From Candidatus Marinacidobacterales bacterium (GTDB taxonomy: Bacteria; Acidobacteriota; Vicinamibacteria; Marinacidobacterales; SMYC01): 64,000 nt of DNA. Below, piece by piece: positions 29,579 through 40,624 of this stretch (position 1 is the stretch's first letter; each line of letters starts with the position of its first letter). Location: contig OZ250169.1 in assembly GCA_965237955.1 (NCBI GenBank), forward strand, positions 2,688,001 through 2,752,000, in the 5' to 3' direction. A program made the translations under genes and the position numbers. The notes below the pieces were generated by a model. The model made no database searches. It was not told the origin of the DNA and saw nothing but the letters and a program-made list of their open reading frames with translations.

Positions 29579-30562
29579 CAGCTCAATCCCAGGAAGTCGC
29601 GATACCAGGACAATGTCGGGTTGAGTCCGGAAACGAGATCGAACTGGACCTTCCAACCCAGCACCGTGCGAGCACGTGTCGCGCTGAGGTGCTGGCTTCT
29701 GATCTCGTTTCGCGCCTGGTTCAGGATCTTCGGCTCGAGCGCGGTTCCGGCCAGCGCCTGGATCTGCGCCACGACCTCGAGCACAGTGAGCGGCGACTCA
29801 GCGGAGAAGTTGAAGGCCTGGCCCGCGACTTCGGGGCGTGTGACATGTTCTGCGAGCGCAAGATACGCGCTCACTGTGTCATGGACGTATAGATAGTCCC
29901 GAACGAACTTGCCGTCGCTGCGAATGATCGGCCTCTCGCCCCGCAGCACCGAGCGTATCGTGCCCGGCACGACTCGGCTCCAGTTGAGATCGCCCCCACC
30001 GTAGATGTTGCCGCAGCGCGCGATCGCGACCGGAACACCGTAGCTCGCGAAGTAGCACTGCGCGATCAAGTCGGTGCAGCTTTTCGAGACATCGTAAGGG
30101 TGGCGTGCCATGAGCGGCATGTCCTCCGTATAGGGCAGCACGTCGTGCTCACCGTATGCCTTATCCGACGACGCGATGACGACGCGTTGAACGATGCCTC
30201 TGTGGTGGCGACACGCATCCAGCAAGTGGTAGCTGCCTCCGCAGGTTGGCCTCGAACGTCGGCACGGGGCTGCGCAACGCCGTTCCAACGATGGTCTGCG
30301 CGCCCAGGTGGAAGACGGTGTCCACCTCGTGCTCGTTGATCGCACGCTCGACGCATCCGGGCTGCTCGAGCGCACCATTGACGACACTCACCAGCGCCGC
30401 ATCGCCGCTTCGGAAAAGCTCCGACTGGGGATCCGCATCATGGATCAGAGCTACTACCCGTGCGTCGCGCGCTAACAGCTCGCGGACGAGCCACGAGCCG
30501 ACCATCCCGGTCGCTCCGGTGACTAGGACCGTAGACTCGTCCCAAGAAAACGACTTGCTCAT
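29578..30562 (-). CDS. CDP-glucose 4,6-dehydratase-like protein, frameshifted near 30240
   Basis: [17 protein letters not shown], then after a 1-nt shift [24 protein letters not shown]. Confidence 0.82.
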
Positions 30563-30913
30563 CTTGGAATCACCTCGTCGAGCCCGGCGCCCAGTCGATT
30601 TCGGCCCGAGTTCGGTTCCGCGAAATTCCAACCAGAGCCGGCTGTACGCCGCCCAGTTCCGGAGAGAATCCGGGCTTCAACCCGAAGCATGAGGGTACGA
30701 ACCCCCGCGGTGTTTGAAGTACAGTAGAAAAAGGATTTATGGAAGTGTATCATTTGGGACGCCTGCTCGAAAGGCCTCATCTCGGCTCCTCTGCCTCGAG
30801 CTTCCTGCCACGGGGGATTCCATCGGCTACGAACAGGAAGTAGTTCCTTTCCTTTGATCTCGAGTGGCGGCGGAGTTCTGAACGGCGCGAGAACTCCGTG
30901 CAACTTTTTGACT

Positions 30914-31336
30914 TCAGGAGCGAGCGAGTATTGACGAGGGACAACTACACGGAAGAGCCAGTCGGGAGCACGATCGCGGCCGAGCACAACTGCGATCGCC
31001 GACTTCATGGTGCTGCCACTCGTGGCTGAAATTCGCCTGGGTACGACGGTCGTGCCCGAATGTCTCGACCACAGCACGCTTCTCGTCCTTCGGCGACAAG
31101 AGCGGCCGCAACGGTTCTGGCGGCGGCGACGGTATCAACGGTCCGAGACTCGCCCAATGCTCTTCTAGTGCACCGGGCAGAAATCGTGGTACCCCGCCGG
31201 CGACCGGAAAGAAATTAGCGCCTCGACAGTAGAGAATTCCGTTTTCGATCTCACCGATGGACGAAGTGAACGTGTGGAGCTCCAGGACTCCGCGGCAGCG
31301 CGCACAGCGCAGATAATCCAGTAGACTGCGGTACAT
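30914..31336 (-). pseudogene. Truncated Trm112-like domain + methyltransferase N-terminus
   Basis: LLDYLRCARC..LYC..FPVAGGVPRF, TQANFSHEW; the SAM-binding part is absent. Confidence 0.6.
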
Positions 31337-31670
31337 ATTCGGGTTGGGAAACGGTGTGTATCCAGGATAGCGAAAAAAAACTTGCGCGCCAAGCTTTGGC
31401 CTTCGATCCCCAGGGGCGAGCATAGGTTTACTCCGCGGGCATCGAGCGGGGCAAAGGAGTACCCTTTGCTTAACTTTTGGGTTCTCCTCCGTCTAGCCCC
31501 TTGTAAGCGGCGCTCGGCCTCCGCTTGAGGGCCGGAAGGTACTCGTGACCTTTCGGATATGGAGGTCGGCATCATTGCGAGAACGACTCGCACACACCCG
31601 CCTCATAGCGGCTCCCGGGCTCGCGAGCTCGGGGGGGCGCTCCTCCTCGACGTCAGCACTTTTTGCTACG

Positions 31671-33077
31671 ATGGGAAGCACAACGATGGAAGAAAGGCGG
31701 TTTCGTTTGTGGGGTAGTCGATACGCGGCGAGAGTGCCGCTGGTTCTGATTCTCGTCTGCACGGCGGGTGGCGGCCGAGGGGATGCGCAGACGCTCCAAG
31801 AGCAGATCCTCGAAGCGCGTGACAAGGTTACACCGGCGCTCGTCAACGTCCAGCCGATTACCGACGTCTACTCATCGGGAGAGCGTCGAAGCGCGACCGG
31901 CGTCGGGAGCGGGTTCATCTTCGATGAGGACGGTCACGTGATCACCAACTATCACGTTGCCGGAAAAGCCAAACGCCTCATTATTACGTTGAGCAATAAA
32001 CAGCGCGTCCCCGGCGTACTCGTAGGAGGAGATCCACTGACCGACATTGCCGTTCTCAAGCTCGAGCTCGGCGACGGGCAGGAGCTGCCGCGCCCGGTAG
32101 CGCTCGGGGATTCGGACGCGCTGTCGGTTGGGGAGTACGTCATGGCACTCGGAAGCCCGCTGGCTCTGCAGCGCTCGCTCTCCTTCGGCGTCGTCAGCAG
32201 CAAGGACCGCTACCTTTCGGACAATTTCAAGCTCCCTACCGGCGAGAAGACCGGCTCGTTCAACACGTGGATCCAGACGGACGCCGCCATCAATCCCGGA
32301 AATAGCGGGGGGCCGCTGGTAAACCTCGAAGGCAAGGTCGTCGGTGTGAACTCGCGCGGCGCGTTCGGAGCTTCCAGCATCGGCTTCGCCATTCCGGTCA
32401 ATATCGTAAAGGAAGTCGCGGCCGAGCTCATTCGAAATGGCCGCGTTTCCCGCAGCTGGCTGGGTCTGACGTTCCAGCCCCGCGAGGAGCTCGCGCAGTA
32501 CTTCGAGTCCGAGTCCGTGCCCGGGGTCGTCATCCGAAGCGTCGAGCCCGATTCTCCCGCGGAGCGCGTCGGGATTCGAGCTGGCGACATGCTTCTTACC
32601 TATCGAGGTGAGCGCACGTCCGCACAGTTCACGGAAGAGCTCCCGGGCATTTACAAGAGGATCGCCGATACGCCCATCGGGGAACAGGTCGATGTCGCGG
32701 TTGCGCGTGGTGAAGACGTGCTCGAGTTCACGCTCACCACCGAAGAGCGCGGTCAATCGAGCTCGGACGAAATGGAATGCGAGAGCTGGGGTTTTACCGC
32801 GCGCGATATCACCAGACAGCTCGCGCTCGAATTCAACTTACCCGACGCCAGCGGAGTCTTCGTCGCCGGCGTCAAACCGAATGGCGCGGGTTTCCGGGCG
32901 CGACTGTTTCCCGGCGACCGCATCGTCGCGATTGAAGGTGAGGAGGTATCCGACCTGGACGCGTTGAGAGAAATGTATCGCCGGTCCGACGAAGCTGAGT
33001 TGGGTGCAGTGCTTCTCACGGTGATGCGACGCCATTCCCGCCGTTGGATCCTCATCGAGGCGAGCTATGAAAATTAG
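31671..33077 (+). CDS. HtrA/DegP-like serine protease with two PDZ domains
   Basis: GSGFI..ITNYHV, DIAVLK, QTDAAINPGNSGGPL; start uncertain (31671/31686/31734). Confidence 0.92.
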   Translation: MGSTTMEERRFRLWGSRYAARVPLVLILVCTAGGGRGDAQTLQEQILEARDKVTPALVNVQPITDVYSSGERRSATGVGSGFIFDEDGHVITNYHVAGKAKRLIITLSNKQRVPGVLVGGDPLTDIAVLKLELGDGQELPRPVALGDSDALSVGEYVMALGSPLALQRSLSFGVVSSKDRYLSDNFKLPTGEKTGSFNTWIQTDAAINPGNSGGPLVNLEGKVVGVNSRGAFGASSIGFAIPVNIVKEVAAELIRNGRVSRSWLGLTFQPREELAQYFESESVPGVVIRSVEPDSPAERVGIRAGDMLLTYRGERTSAQFTEELPGIYKRIADTPIGEQVDVAVARGEDVLEFTLTTEERGQSSSDEMECESWGFTARDITRQLALEFNLPDASGVFVAGVKPNGAGFRARLFPGDRIVAIEGEEVSDLDALREMYRRSDEAELGAVLLTVMRRHSRRWILIEASYEN

Positions 33078-34542
33078 ACTGATCGTGCCTGCGGCCTCCC
33101 TCGTGCTTGTCTTTGGCTTCCTTGTCTGGGGGTCTCCCGTCGGGGCCCCGCTAAACGAAGACGAGACGGCTCGCCAATTGAAGAGTCTCGAACAGCGCTT
33201 TAGCGAAAGCCTCGTGCAAGTGCGCTATCGCCAGCAAGTCTCCCGCTCGACCGCGGAGCCGCCGGCGGAAGCCGAGCTCACGACGACGGGCGTGATCGTT
33301 TCTCCTCAGGGTGTCGTCATGGTGAGCGCCATCGTCTACGAGCCGTTCAACGAGGTGCCGCACGGTGTGGGAATTCGCTTTCCCGCGTCTGTCAGCCGAG
33401 CGGAAGCCAAGATCGCGGAAGCGCGCATCCGGTTGATGGATGGGAGTGAGTACCGAGCGACGCATCTCGGCCGCGACGCCGACGCCGACGTCGCGTTCTT
33501 CCGTATCGAAGCGGAGGACCGAGAGTTTACTCCGGTGGTGTTCGCCGCGGACACGTCCGCCTCGGTGGGCGAAGAGGTCGTCGTCGTCAGTTTGCTGCCC
33601 GAGCCGCTCGGGCCGGCCGTCGCCGTGGAGCTCTCCCGCGTGCAAGCGCTCACGTCGCGGCCGCAAGTAGGCTACATGGTGGCAACGGGTGCAGCCGACC
33701 CGGTCGGTTCTCTGGTGGTGTCGCTCGACGGCGACGTCATCGGCTACGTCGACGCGCTGACGGTTCCGGTACCCGATACCCGATCGAGGAACCCGCTCGC
33801 GTTTCTCTCGGTGATGCGCAACCTCCCGAAAGGTATCGGACGCGGGTTTGCGAGGCCGGCGCATGAGTTCGTCGATGCGAGCGTGGACGTATCCGAGGCT
33901 TCGCCCGCTCGACGGAGCTGGCTCGGCGTGGAGATGCAGGCGCTGTCCAACGAGCTCGCGACCCACATGGAGCTTCCCGTGAAGGAAGGTATTCTTCTCG
34001 GCTACGTGTACCGCAACTCGCCGGCACAAGCCGCTGGTCTCCAAGTGGGCGACGTTCTCGTAGAGCTCGACGGCGAGCCGATTGAGGTGAGCCGTGAGGA
34101 AGACATCGGCGCGTTCGCTGAGAACGTGCTTCGCGCAGGCGTCGGCGCCGACCTCGAGCTCGGCTACATCCGGGATGGCGCCAACTCGAAAACCACCGCG
34201 CATTTGGAGCCCGCCCCGCGCTCCGCTCGGGAAGCCGAGACGGTCGAAGTCGACGAGCTCGACCTCGCCGTGCGCGAGCTCACCTACGATTACCTCGCCA
34301 CCCGATTTCTGGAGCCTGAGCAAAAGGGCGTCGTGGTCGTGAAACCTCCGGTCGCGGTCGGCAGGAATCGTGTGGCGCCCGGCGATCTTCTCGTCCGCCT
34401 CGATGATCAACTCGTGGACGATCTCGATTCGTTCCGCGAGGTGATGGAATCGATCCGGCAACGCCAGCCCGACAAAGTGGTGCTCTTCGTCGAACGAGGG
34501 ATCGAGAGCTTCTTCTTCGCGGTAAAACCCGATTGGAACTGA
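33067..34542 (+). CDS. HtrA-like PDZ protein lacking catalytic His and Ser
   Basis: Signal/TM N-terminus; GVIVSPQGVVMVSAIV, DADVAFFRI, ADPVGSLVVSLDGDVIG; PDZ motifs WLGVEMQ, SPAQAAGLQVGD. Confidence 0.8.
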   Translation: MKIRLIVPAASLVLVFGFLVWGSPVGAPLNEDETARQLKSLEQRFSESLVQVRYRQQVSRSTAEPPAEAELTTTGVIVSPQGVVMVSAIVYEPFNEVPHGVGIRFPASVSRAEAKIAEARIRLMDGSEYRATHLGRDADADVAFFRIEAEDREFTPVVFAADTSASVGEEVVVVSLLPEPLGPAVAVELSRVQALTSRPQVGYMVATGAADPVGSLVVSLDGDVIGYVDALTVPVPDTRSRNPLAFLSVMRNLPKGIGRGFARPAHEFVDASVDVSEASPARRSWLGVEMQALSNELATHMELPVKEGILLGYVYRNSPAQAAGLQVGDVLVELDGEPIEVSREEDIGAFAENVLRAGVGADLELGYIRDGANSKTTAHLEPAPRSAREAETVEVDELDLAVRELTYDYLATRFLEPEQKGVVVVKPPVAVGRNRVAPGDLLVRLDDQLVDDLDSFREVMESIRQRQPDKVVLFVERGIESFFFAVKPDWN

Positions 34543-34592
34543 CGAAGCGCGGCTTTGACGGCCGATGCCGTTCGGGCTAGATTTTCATCATC

Positions 34593-37445
34593 GTGGAGCC
34601 GGATCGCATCATCGTTCGGGGTGCTCGCCAGCACAATCTCAAGAACATCACCGTCGAGATCCCGAAGAAGAAACTCGTTGTCTTCAGTGGCGTTTCCGGC
34701 TCGGGGAAATCCTCGCTCGCCTTCGACACGCTGTACGCGGAAGGACAACGCCGCTACGTGGAGTCGCTTTCGAGCTACGCGAGGCAGTTCCTCGGCCAGA
34801 TGGACAAACCGCTCTACGACACCATCCGCGGATTGTCGCCCACGATTTCCGTCGATCAAAAATCTTCGAGCCACAACCCGCGCTCGACCGTCGGCACCAT
34901 CACCGAGATCTACGACTACCTTCGTGTGCTCTTTGCCCGGATCGGGACGCTCGCGTGCTACCGCTGCGGACGCGCGGTGGCGAAGCAAACGTCCCAACAA
35001 ATCGTCGAAGAGATCGGTCGTCTTCCGGACAAGACGAAGTTCCAAATTCTCGCTCCGCTGATAGCCGCCCGCAAGGGCGAGCACAAGTCCGTCTTCGAGA
35101 AGGCGCGGAGGAGCGGGTTCCCTCGGGTCCGCGTGGACGGGGACGTCGTCTCGCTCGAAGACGACATCAACCTCGACAAGAACAAGAAGCACAACATCGA
35201 GCTCGTCGTCGATCGCCTCGTCGCGAAACCGGATCTTTTGGAAAAGTCCCGTCCACGGTTGACGGACTCGGTGGAGACGGCGCTCAGATTCGGAAGCGGC
35301 GTTCTCATCGTGCACCGGGACGGCGAAGACGATCTTTTGTTCTCGGAGCACCAGGCGTGCCATCACTGCGGAATCTCGTTCCCCGAGCTGTCGCCGCAGC
35401 TTTTCTCGTTCAACTCGCCGCAAGGAATGTGTCCAGCATGCAACGGTCTTGGCACCAAAGCGGAGATGGACGAAGAGCTCATGGTCCCCGACGCCTCGCT
35501 CAGCATCAACCAAGGTGCCGTCAAACCTTGGGGCGTGGTCGAGGACAAAGGCGGCTGGCGCGCCGCGGTGATTCGATCGTTGGCGCGACACTACAAGCTC
35601 GATCTCGCCACGCCGTGGCGCGGTCTCTCAGAAGCTCAACGTCACGTGATCCTGCACGGCAACGAGAACGAGAAGATCACGGTGCGCAGGGGCCGCCGTT
35701 CGTTCAAAACGAAATTCGAAGGGCTCGTCCCGATCCTCATGCGCCGGATGAAAGAAACCCAGTCGGAGTCGGTGCGCAAGCACTACGCCCAATTCATGTC
35801 GTCCAAGCCGTGCTCGACTTGCCAGGGAGCGCGGCTCCGGCCCGAGGCGCTTTCGGTGCGTGTCGGGGGCCAATCGATCGCCGAGCTCGCGGCGAGCGCG
35901 ATCGATGACGCGTTCTTGTTCGCGACCACCGTCGATCTTCAAGGAACCGACGCGCTCATCGGCTCCGAGCTCTTGAAGGAGATCGTGAACCGGCTCCGGT
36001 TTTTGCGCGACGTCGGGCTCGGATACTTGACGCTCGACCGGCTCGCGCCGACGTTGTCGGGGGGTGAATCCCAGCGTATCCGCCTCGCGAGCCAGATCGG
36101 CTCCGAGCTCACTGGCGTCGTGTACATCCTCGATGAGCCGTCGATTGGTCTCCACCAGCGCGACAACGCGCGCCTTCTCGGCGCGTTGCGGCATCTGCGG
36201 GACATGGGGAATACCGTCGTCGTGGTGGAGCACGACCGCGAGACCATCGAAGCAGCCGATCACATCGTCGACTTCGGGCCGGGGGCGGGTGTCAAAGGCG
36301 GTGAAATCGTGGCGACGGGGACGGCGAGCGAGCTCGAGACGCAACCGGGCTCGGTGACGGGGCAGTACTTGTCGGGCGAGCTCGAGATCGCGATCCCGGA
36401 AAAACGGCGGAAGCTCTCGCGCCGCTTCGTCGAGATACGGGGCGCGAGCGAGAACAATTTGCACAACCTCGACGTGAAGATCCCGCTCGGGGTGTTCGTC
36501 GGTGTCACCGGCGTTTCCGGCGCCGGCAAGAGCACGCTCATCAACGGGATTCTCTATCCCGCGCTAGCACGCGCGCTCAACCGTGCCGATGCGCATCCCG
36601 GGGCACACCGATTGTTGCGAGGAGTCGATCACCTCGACAAAGTGATTGACATCGATCAATCGCCGATCGGGAGAACACCGCGCTCGAACCCCGCGACGTA
36701 CACGAAAGTGTTCGACGAGATCCGTGGTTTTTTTTCCAACTTGCCGGAAGCGCGCGCGCGTGGTTACAAACCTGGCCGGTTCTCGTTCAACGTGAAGGGT
36801 GGCCGTTGTGAGCACTGCTCCGGCGACGGCGTCATTCAAGTCGAGATGCACTTTCTCGCCGACGTGTACGTTCCCTGCCAGCAGTGCCATAGCCGTCGCT
36901 TCAACGACGCGACCCTCGAAGTGAAATACAAAGGTCTTTCTGTCGCCGATGTACTCGACCGCACCGTGGCGGAAGCTTGTGAGCTGTTCGAGAATCACCC
37001 GACGATCCGGCGCATCCTCGAGACGTTGATGGCAGTCGGGCTCGGTTACATACGCTTGGGCCAGAGCTCGCCCACGCTTTCCGGAGGCGAAGCGCAGCGG
37101 GTGAAGCTGTCGCGCGAGCTCGCGAAGCGAGCGACGGGGCGGACGTTCTACATTCTCGATGAGCCGACCACCGGCCTTCACTTCCACGACATCGCGCGCT
37201 TGTTGAACGTATTGCAAACACTCGTCGATGGCGGCAACACCGTGCTCGTCATCGAGCACAACCTCGACGTTCTCAAGACGGCGGACTACCTCATTGATTT
37301 GGGACCCGAAGGCGGCGACCAGGGTGGTCGCGTGGTGGCGACGGGAGCTCCGGAAGCAGTCGCCGCTAATGCGAGCTCTTACACCGGGGTAGCACTTCGA
37401 AGCGTCCTCGAATCCGCGCCGCTCGGGGTCGCCAAGACCAGCTGA
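34593..37445 (+). CDS. uvrA: Excinuclease ABC subunit A
   Basis: [32 protein letters not shown], two ABC cassettes, Zn fingers. Confidence 0.98.
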   Translation: MEPDRIIVRGARQHNLKNITVEIPKKKLVVFSGVSGSGKSSLAFDTLYAEGQRRYVESLSSYARQFLGQMDKPLYDTIRGLSPTISVDQKSSSHNPRSTVGTITEIYDYLRVLFARIGTLACYRCGRAVAKQTSQQIVEEIGRLPDKTKFQILAPLIAARKGEHKSVFEKARRSGFPRVRVDGDVVSLEDDINLDKNKKHNIELVVDRLVAKPDLLEKSRPRLTDSVETALRFGSGVLIVHRDGEDDLLFSEHQACHHCGISFPELSPQLFSFNSPQGMCPACNGLGTKAEMDEELMVPDASLSINQGAVKPWGVVEDKGGWRAAVIRSLARHYKLDLATPWRGLSEAQRHVILHGNENEKITVRRGRRSFKTKFEGLVPILMRRMKETQSESVRKHYAQFMSSKPCSTCQGARLRPEALSVRVGGQSIAELAASAIDDAFLFATTVDLQGTDALIGSELLKEIVNRLRFLRDVGLGYLTLDRLAPTLSGGESQRIRLASQIGSELTGVVYILDEPSIGLHQRDNARLLGALRHLRDMGNTVVVVEHDRETIEAADHIVDFGPGAGVKGGEIVATGTASELETQPGSVTGQYLSGELEIAIPEKRRKLSRRFVEIRGASENNLHNLDVKIPLGVFVGVTGVSGAGKSTLINGILYPALARALNRADAHPGAHRLLRGVDHLDKVIDIDQSPIGRTPRSNPATYTKVFDEIRGFFSNLPEARARGYKPGRFSFNVKGGRCEHCSGDGVIQVEMHFLADVYVPCQQCHSRRFNDATLEVKYKGLSVADVLDRTVAEACELFENHPTIRRILETLMAVGLGYIRLGQSSPTLSGGEAQRVKLSRELAKRATGRTFYILDEPTTGLHFHDIARLLNVLQTLVDGGNTVLVIEHNLDVLKTADYLIDLGPEGGDQGGRVVATGAPEAVAANASSYTGVALRSVLESAPLGVAKTS

Positions 37446-37551
37446 CGTGTTTTTGACCGCAGGCCTGTTTCTCTTGGCCAGGCATTGGGGCGGGGGCGGC
37501 CGTCGTCCGCTATCTCGAGCGCTGATAACGCTGTGCTAAGCTCTTGGTCGA

Positions 37552-38304
37552 GTGTCTTACTATCGACGTGAGATCCGGTTCGGCTTCGGTGACCGACTCA
37601 CACCCGCCATCAGGAACCTGCTCATTGCGAACGGCGTCATCTTCGTTCTTCAACAGCTGTTCGATCCCTACGTCACCCGAGTGTTCGCCCTATCGGCACC
37701 GCTCGTGCTGCCGTGGAATTTTCAGGTGTGGCGGCTCTTCACCTACATGTTCTTGCACGCGGATTTTTGGCATCTGTTCTGGAACATGTTTATGCTGTTC
37801 ATGTTCGGTTGCTCCATCGAGCAGGAGTGGGGGAGTCGTTCCTTCTACCGGTACTACTTCTTGTGCGGGTTGGGAAGCGCGCTCTTCGCTCTGTTGCCGA
37901 TCGACCCCTTCTGGCGAGTGCCCATCATCGGCGCATCGGGAGCCATTTACGGCATCCTGATCGCGTTCGCGGTGTTGTTTCCCTATCGGCAGATTCTCGT
38001 GTTCTTCGTGTTCCCGCTTCAGGCGCGCTATCTGGTCCTGATCTTCGGGCTGATGTCGTTCGCGAGCGACTTTTGGGGAGCTCAGGGGATCGCGCACGTC
38101 GTCCACTTGGGTGGTGTGGCGACGGGCTTCGTGCTGTTACGTTGGGTCGGGCTTGCGCGTCCGCAACGGGCGGTCGGGCAACGCGAGTTCATGGGCTCGA
38201 TGCGCGACGCCTACCGACGGTGGCGCTTGAAACGACTCCGCAAAAAATTCGAGGACTACTACGAGAAACGCTCGGGCGGCAACGGCCCGGACGTGCTCCA
38301 CTAG
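37552..38304 (+). CDS. Rhomboid-family intramembrane serine protease
   Basis: WRLFTYMFLH, HLFWNM, GASG, AHVVHLGG. Confidence 0.93.
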   Translation: MSYYRREIRFGFGDRLTPAIRNLLIANGVIFVLQQLFDPYVTRVFALSAPLVLPWNFQVWRLFTYMFLHADFWHLFWNMFMLFMFGCSIEQEWGSRSFYRYYFLCGLGSALFALLPIDPFWRVPIIGASGAIYGILIAFAVLFPYRQILVFFVFPLQARYLVLIFGLMSFASDFWGAQGIAHVVHLGGVATGFVLLRWVGLARPQRAVGQREFMGSMRDAYRRWRLKRLRKKFEDYYEKRSGGNGPDVLH

Positions 38305-38343
38305 TTCTTTGTCACGTCCGCACCCAAACGAAGCTCTATCGGA

Positions 38344-39351
38344 TTACAGACGCTCCCTGATCTCTGCCATCGCTTGGAGCGAAGCGAGGTCTTGGACCAT
38401 GCACAAGAGCGTGGTCACCTCGGCGTCTTTCCACTCTTGCAGTTTGTCGGCAATACGATCGCGGCTTCCGCACAGCGCCACGTCGTCTATTAGCGCGTCG
38501 GGAACGGAGGCAATCGCTTCTTTTTTGCGTCCTTCGAGGTAGAGCCCCTGGATGGCAGCGGCCTCGGCTTCGTAGCCGTAGCGACAGGCGAGATCGTTGT
38601 AGAAGTTTTTCCCTTTCGCGCCCATGCCACCCAGGTAGAGAGCGAGGGTGGGCTTCACCGCGTTGCGACAGCGATCCAGATCGTCGCCCACCGCGATTTG
38701 AACGCTCGGAGCAATATCGAATTCCTTGTTGGCTGCTCCCGCGAGTGCGTCTTGGAACACGTCGCGATGGCGCGGTGAGTAGAAAATCGGAAGCCACCCG
38801 TCCGCGATTTCCGCCGCGAGCGCGACGTTTTTAGGACCGATCGCGGCGAGATAGATGGGCACCTCCGTCCGCTTCGGCGCCATCATGAGCTTCAGCGGTT
38901 TTCCGAGACCGGTTCCGCCTTCGAACGGCACTTGGTACGCTTTCCCGCTGTGGGTCAAAGGCGCCTCTCGCTTCAGCGCTTGGCGCACGATCGCGACGGC
39001 CTCTCGCGTTCGAGCCAAAGGCTTTCCGTAGGCAACGCCGTGCCAGCCCTCGACGACCTGCGGACCGGAGACGCCGAGCCCGAGAAGAAGTCTCCCGCCG
39101 CTCAGAAGATCGAGTGTGGCTGCGGTCATCGCTATCAATGCGGGCAAGCGCGATGGGATTTGCGAGATCGCCGTGCCTAGGCCGATGCGCTCGGTCTTGG
39201 CGCCGATCCAGGCGAGGAGGCTGACGGCGTCCGAGCCCCAGGCCTCGGCGGTCCACACCGAGTCATACCCGAGCCGTTCCGCTTCGACGGCCATGGGCAC
39301 GGGGTCGGGACTGGCCGACGTGAGAAAACCGACGTTGAGGGCGAGCTTCAT
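38344..39351 (-). CDS. LLM-class (probably F420-dependent) oxidoreductase
   Basis: [45 protein letters not shown]. Confidence 0.9.
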   Translation of the reverse strand: MKLALNVGFLTSASPDPVPMAVEAERLGYDSVWTAEAWGSDAVSLLAWIGAKTERIGLGTAISQIPSRLPALIAMTAATLDLLSGGRLLLGLGVSGPQVVEGWHGVAYGKPLARTREAVAIVRQALKREAPLTHSGKAYQVPFEGGTGLGKPLKLMMAPKRTEVPIYLAAIGPKNVALAAEIADGWLPIFYSPRHRDVFQDALAGAANKEFDIAPSVQIAVGDDLDRCRNAVKPTLALYLGGMGAKGKNFYNDLACRYGYEAEAAAIQGLYLEGRKKEAIASVPDALIDDVALCGSRDRIADKLQEWKDAEVTTLLCMVQDLASLQAMAEIRERL

Positions 39352-40097
39352 TTCGCTTTCGTTTTCTTCTTGTTGCTGGCGGCGATCCGCTCGGACAGAG
39401 GCTCACCTGTTTTGAATTTCGTGCTCTTTTTGGGCTTGGCGTCGACACCGATTTTCGGACAATACGACTCGACGACGCAATCTTCGCATCGCGGCGTACG
39501 AGCCGCGCATACCGCGCGGCCGTGGTGGATGAGGATGTGCCCGAAATCGATCCAGTCTTTTTCGGGGATGAGATCCATGAGCTGCTTTTCGACCTCGACG
39601 GGGGTTTTCGCTTTCGCTAGACCCATCCGGTGCGAGAGCCGGAACACATGAGTGTCGACGACGAATCCGGATGCGATCCCGAACGCGGTGCCGAGCACGA
39701 CGTTTCCTGTTTTCCTCGCGACCCCTGGAAGCGTCAGAATCTTCTCCATCGTGTGCGGCACTTCGCCCCCGAACTCGGAAGTGATCTTCGACGTAGCGCC
39801 ATGGATCGATTTGGCTTTGTTGCGGTAGAACCCCGTCGTTCTCACCAACTCCTCGAGCTCGGCGCGATCGGATGCGGCGAAGTCCGCCGCCTTTGGGTAG
39901 CGCGCGAAAAGCGCCGGCGTGACTTTGTTCACACGCGCGTCTGTGCACTGAGCCGAGAGGATGGTGGCGACGAGAAGCTGAAGTGGGTTCTCGTGGGTCA
40001 GCGCGCACGTCGCGCCGGGGTACGCCTTGCGCAGACGCTCAACGAGAATCCGGCTCCGCGTCGAGAGCTCGGCTGGCGTTTCCGGTTTCGGGGGCAG
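39348..40097 (-). CDS. nth: Endonuclease III, probable CTG start
   Basis: [17 protein letters not shown] lies upstream of the tracked ORF start; [15 protein letters not shown]6CX2CX5C; the only start-like codon with a suitably spaced SD before the conserved part is CTG at 40097. Confidence 0.9.
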   Translation of the reverse strand: MPPKPETPAELSTRSRILVERLRKAYPGATCALTHENPLQLLVATILSAQCTDARVNKVTPALFARYPKAADFAASDRAELEELVRTTGFYRNKAKSIHGATSKITSEFGGEVPHTMEKILTLPGVARKTGNVVLGTAFGIASGFVVDTHVFRLSHRMGLAKAKTPVEVEKQLMDLIPEKDWIDFGHILIHHGRAVCAARTPRCEDCVVESYCPKIGVDAKPKKSTKFKTGEPLSERIAASNKKKTKAK

Positions 40098-40100
40098 GGT

Positions 40101-40406
40101 TCAGACCTCGACGAAAATGTCGTCCCCGTCCACGTGAACGGGGTAACGGTCGATCTTCACTCCGGGCTCGAAGACGGCCTCACCGGTCGCAACATCGAAC
40201 TGCCACGCATGCCACGGGCAAGTCACCACGCTGGCCTCGAACAACCCATCCCCAAGCGGCCCCCCCTGATGAGCACAAGTATTGGTCGTCGCATAGAACC
40301 TTCCGTCGACGTTGTAGAGAACGATTGTTGTATCACCTATCTGGAACGTCTTGCACGATCCGGGAGGCACGTCGTCGACGGTGGCGATTTTGGCTTTTTG
40401 CGACAT
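40101..40406 (-). CDS. Rieske-type [2Fe-2S] ferredoxin
   Basis: CAHQGGPL...CPWHAWQFD, 101 aa. Confidence 0.92.
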   Translation of the reverse strand: MSQKAKIATVDDVPPGSCKTFQIGDTTIVLYNVDGRFYATTNTCAHQGGPLGDGLFEASVVTCPWHAWQFDVATGEAVFEPGVKIDRYPVHVDGDDIFVEV

Positions 40407-40423
40407 CGAGAGAATTCTACAGC

Positions 40424-40578
40424 GATCCGCCATCGGCCATCCGCCATCCGCCATCAGCGGAATCGCGTCGCGCGCGCCTCGGTCAGAACACCTCGTCGAT
40501 CGAACTCCGCCGCCCGGCGCCAAGGTGAAGGCAACTCTGGCCAGCTGATGGCCGATGGCCGATGGCTGATGGCGGATC
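40424..40578. repeat. Palindromic element with (GCCATCN)n heptamer arms
   Basis: 35-bp arms 40424-40458 and 40544-40578 (3 mismatches), 85-nt spacer; further degenerate heptamers to ~40620. Confidence 0.85.
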
Positions 40579-40624
40579 CATAACAGGATCATGGCCGACG
40601 GCCGATAGCTGACGGCAGATCGAT

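Noticed and set aside
30600-30960. Lower-GC stretch as a hidden gene or ncRNA
   Set aside because: No recognisable motif or stable structure; most likely a decayed remainder of the truncated methyltransferase region.
31376-31392. Fourth sigma-54 promoter (TTGGCGCGCAAGTTTTT, minus strand)
   Set aside because: Good -24 element but the -12 GC is absent.
40101-40103. Selenocysteine readthrough fusing the Rieske ferredoxin to Nth (selA is nearby)
   Set aside because: The TGA is at the normal Rieske C-terminus, not at a Cys-equivalent position, and no convincing SECIS hairpin follows; a CTG start is simpler.
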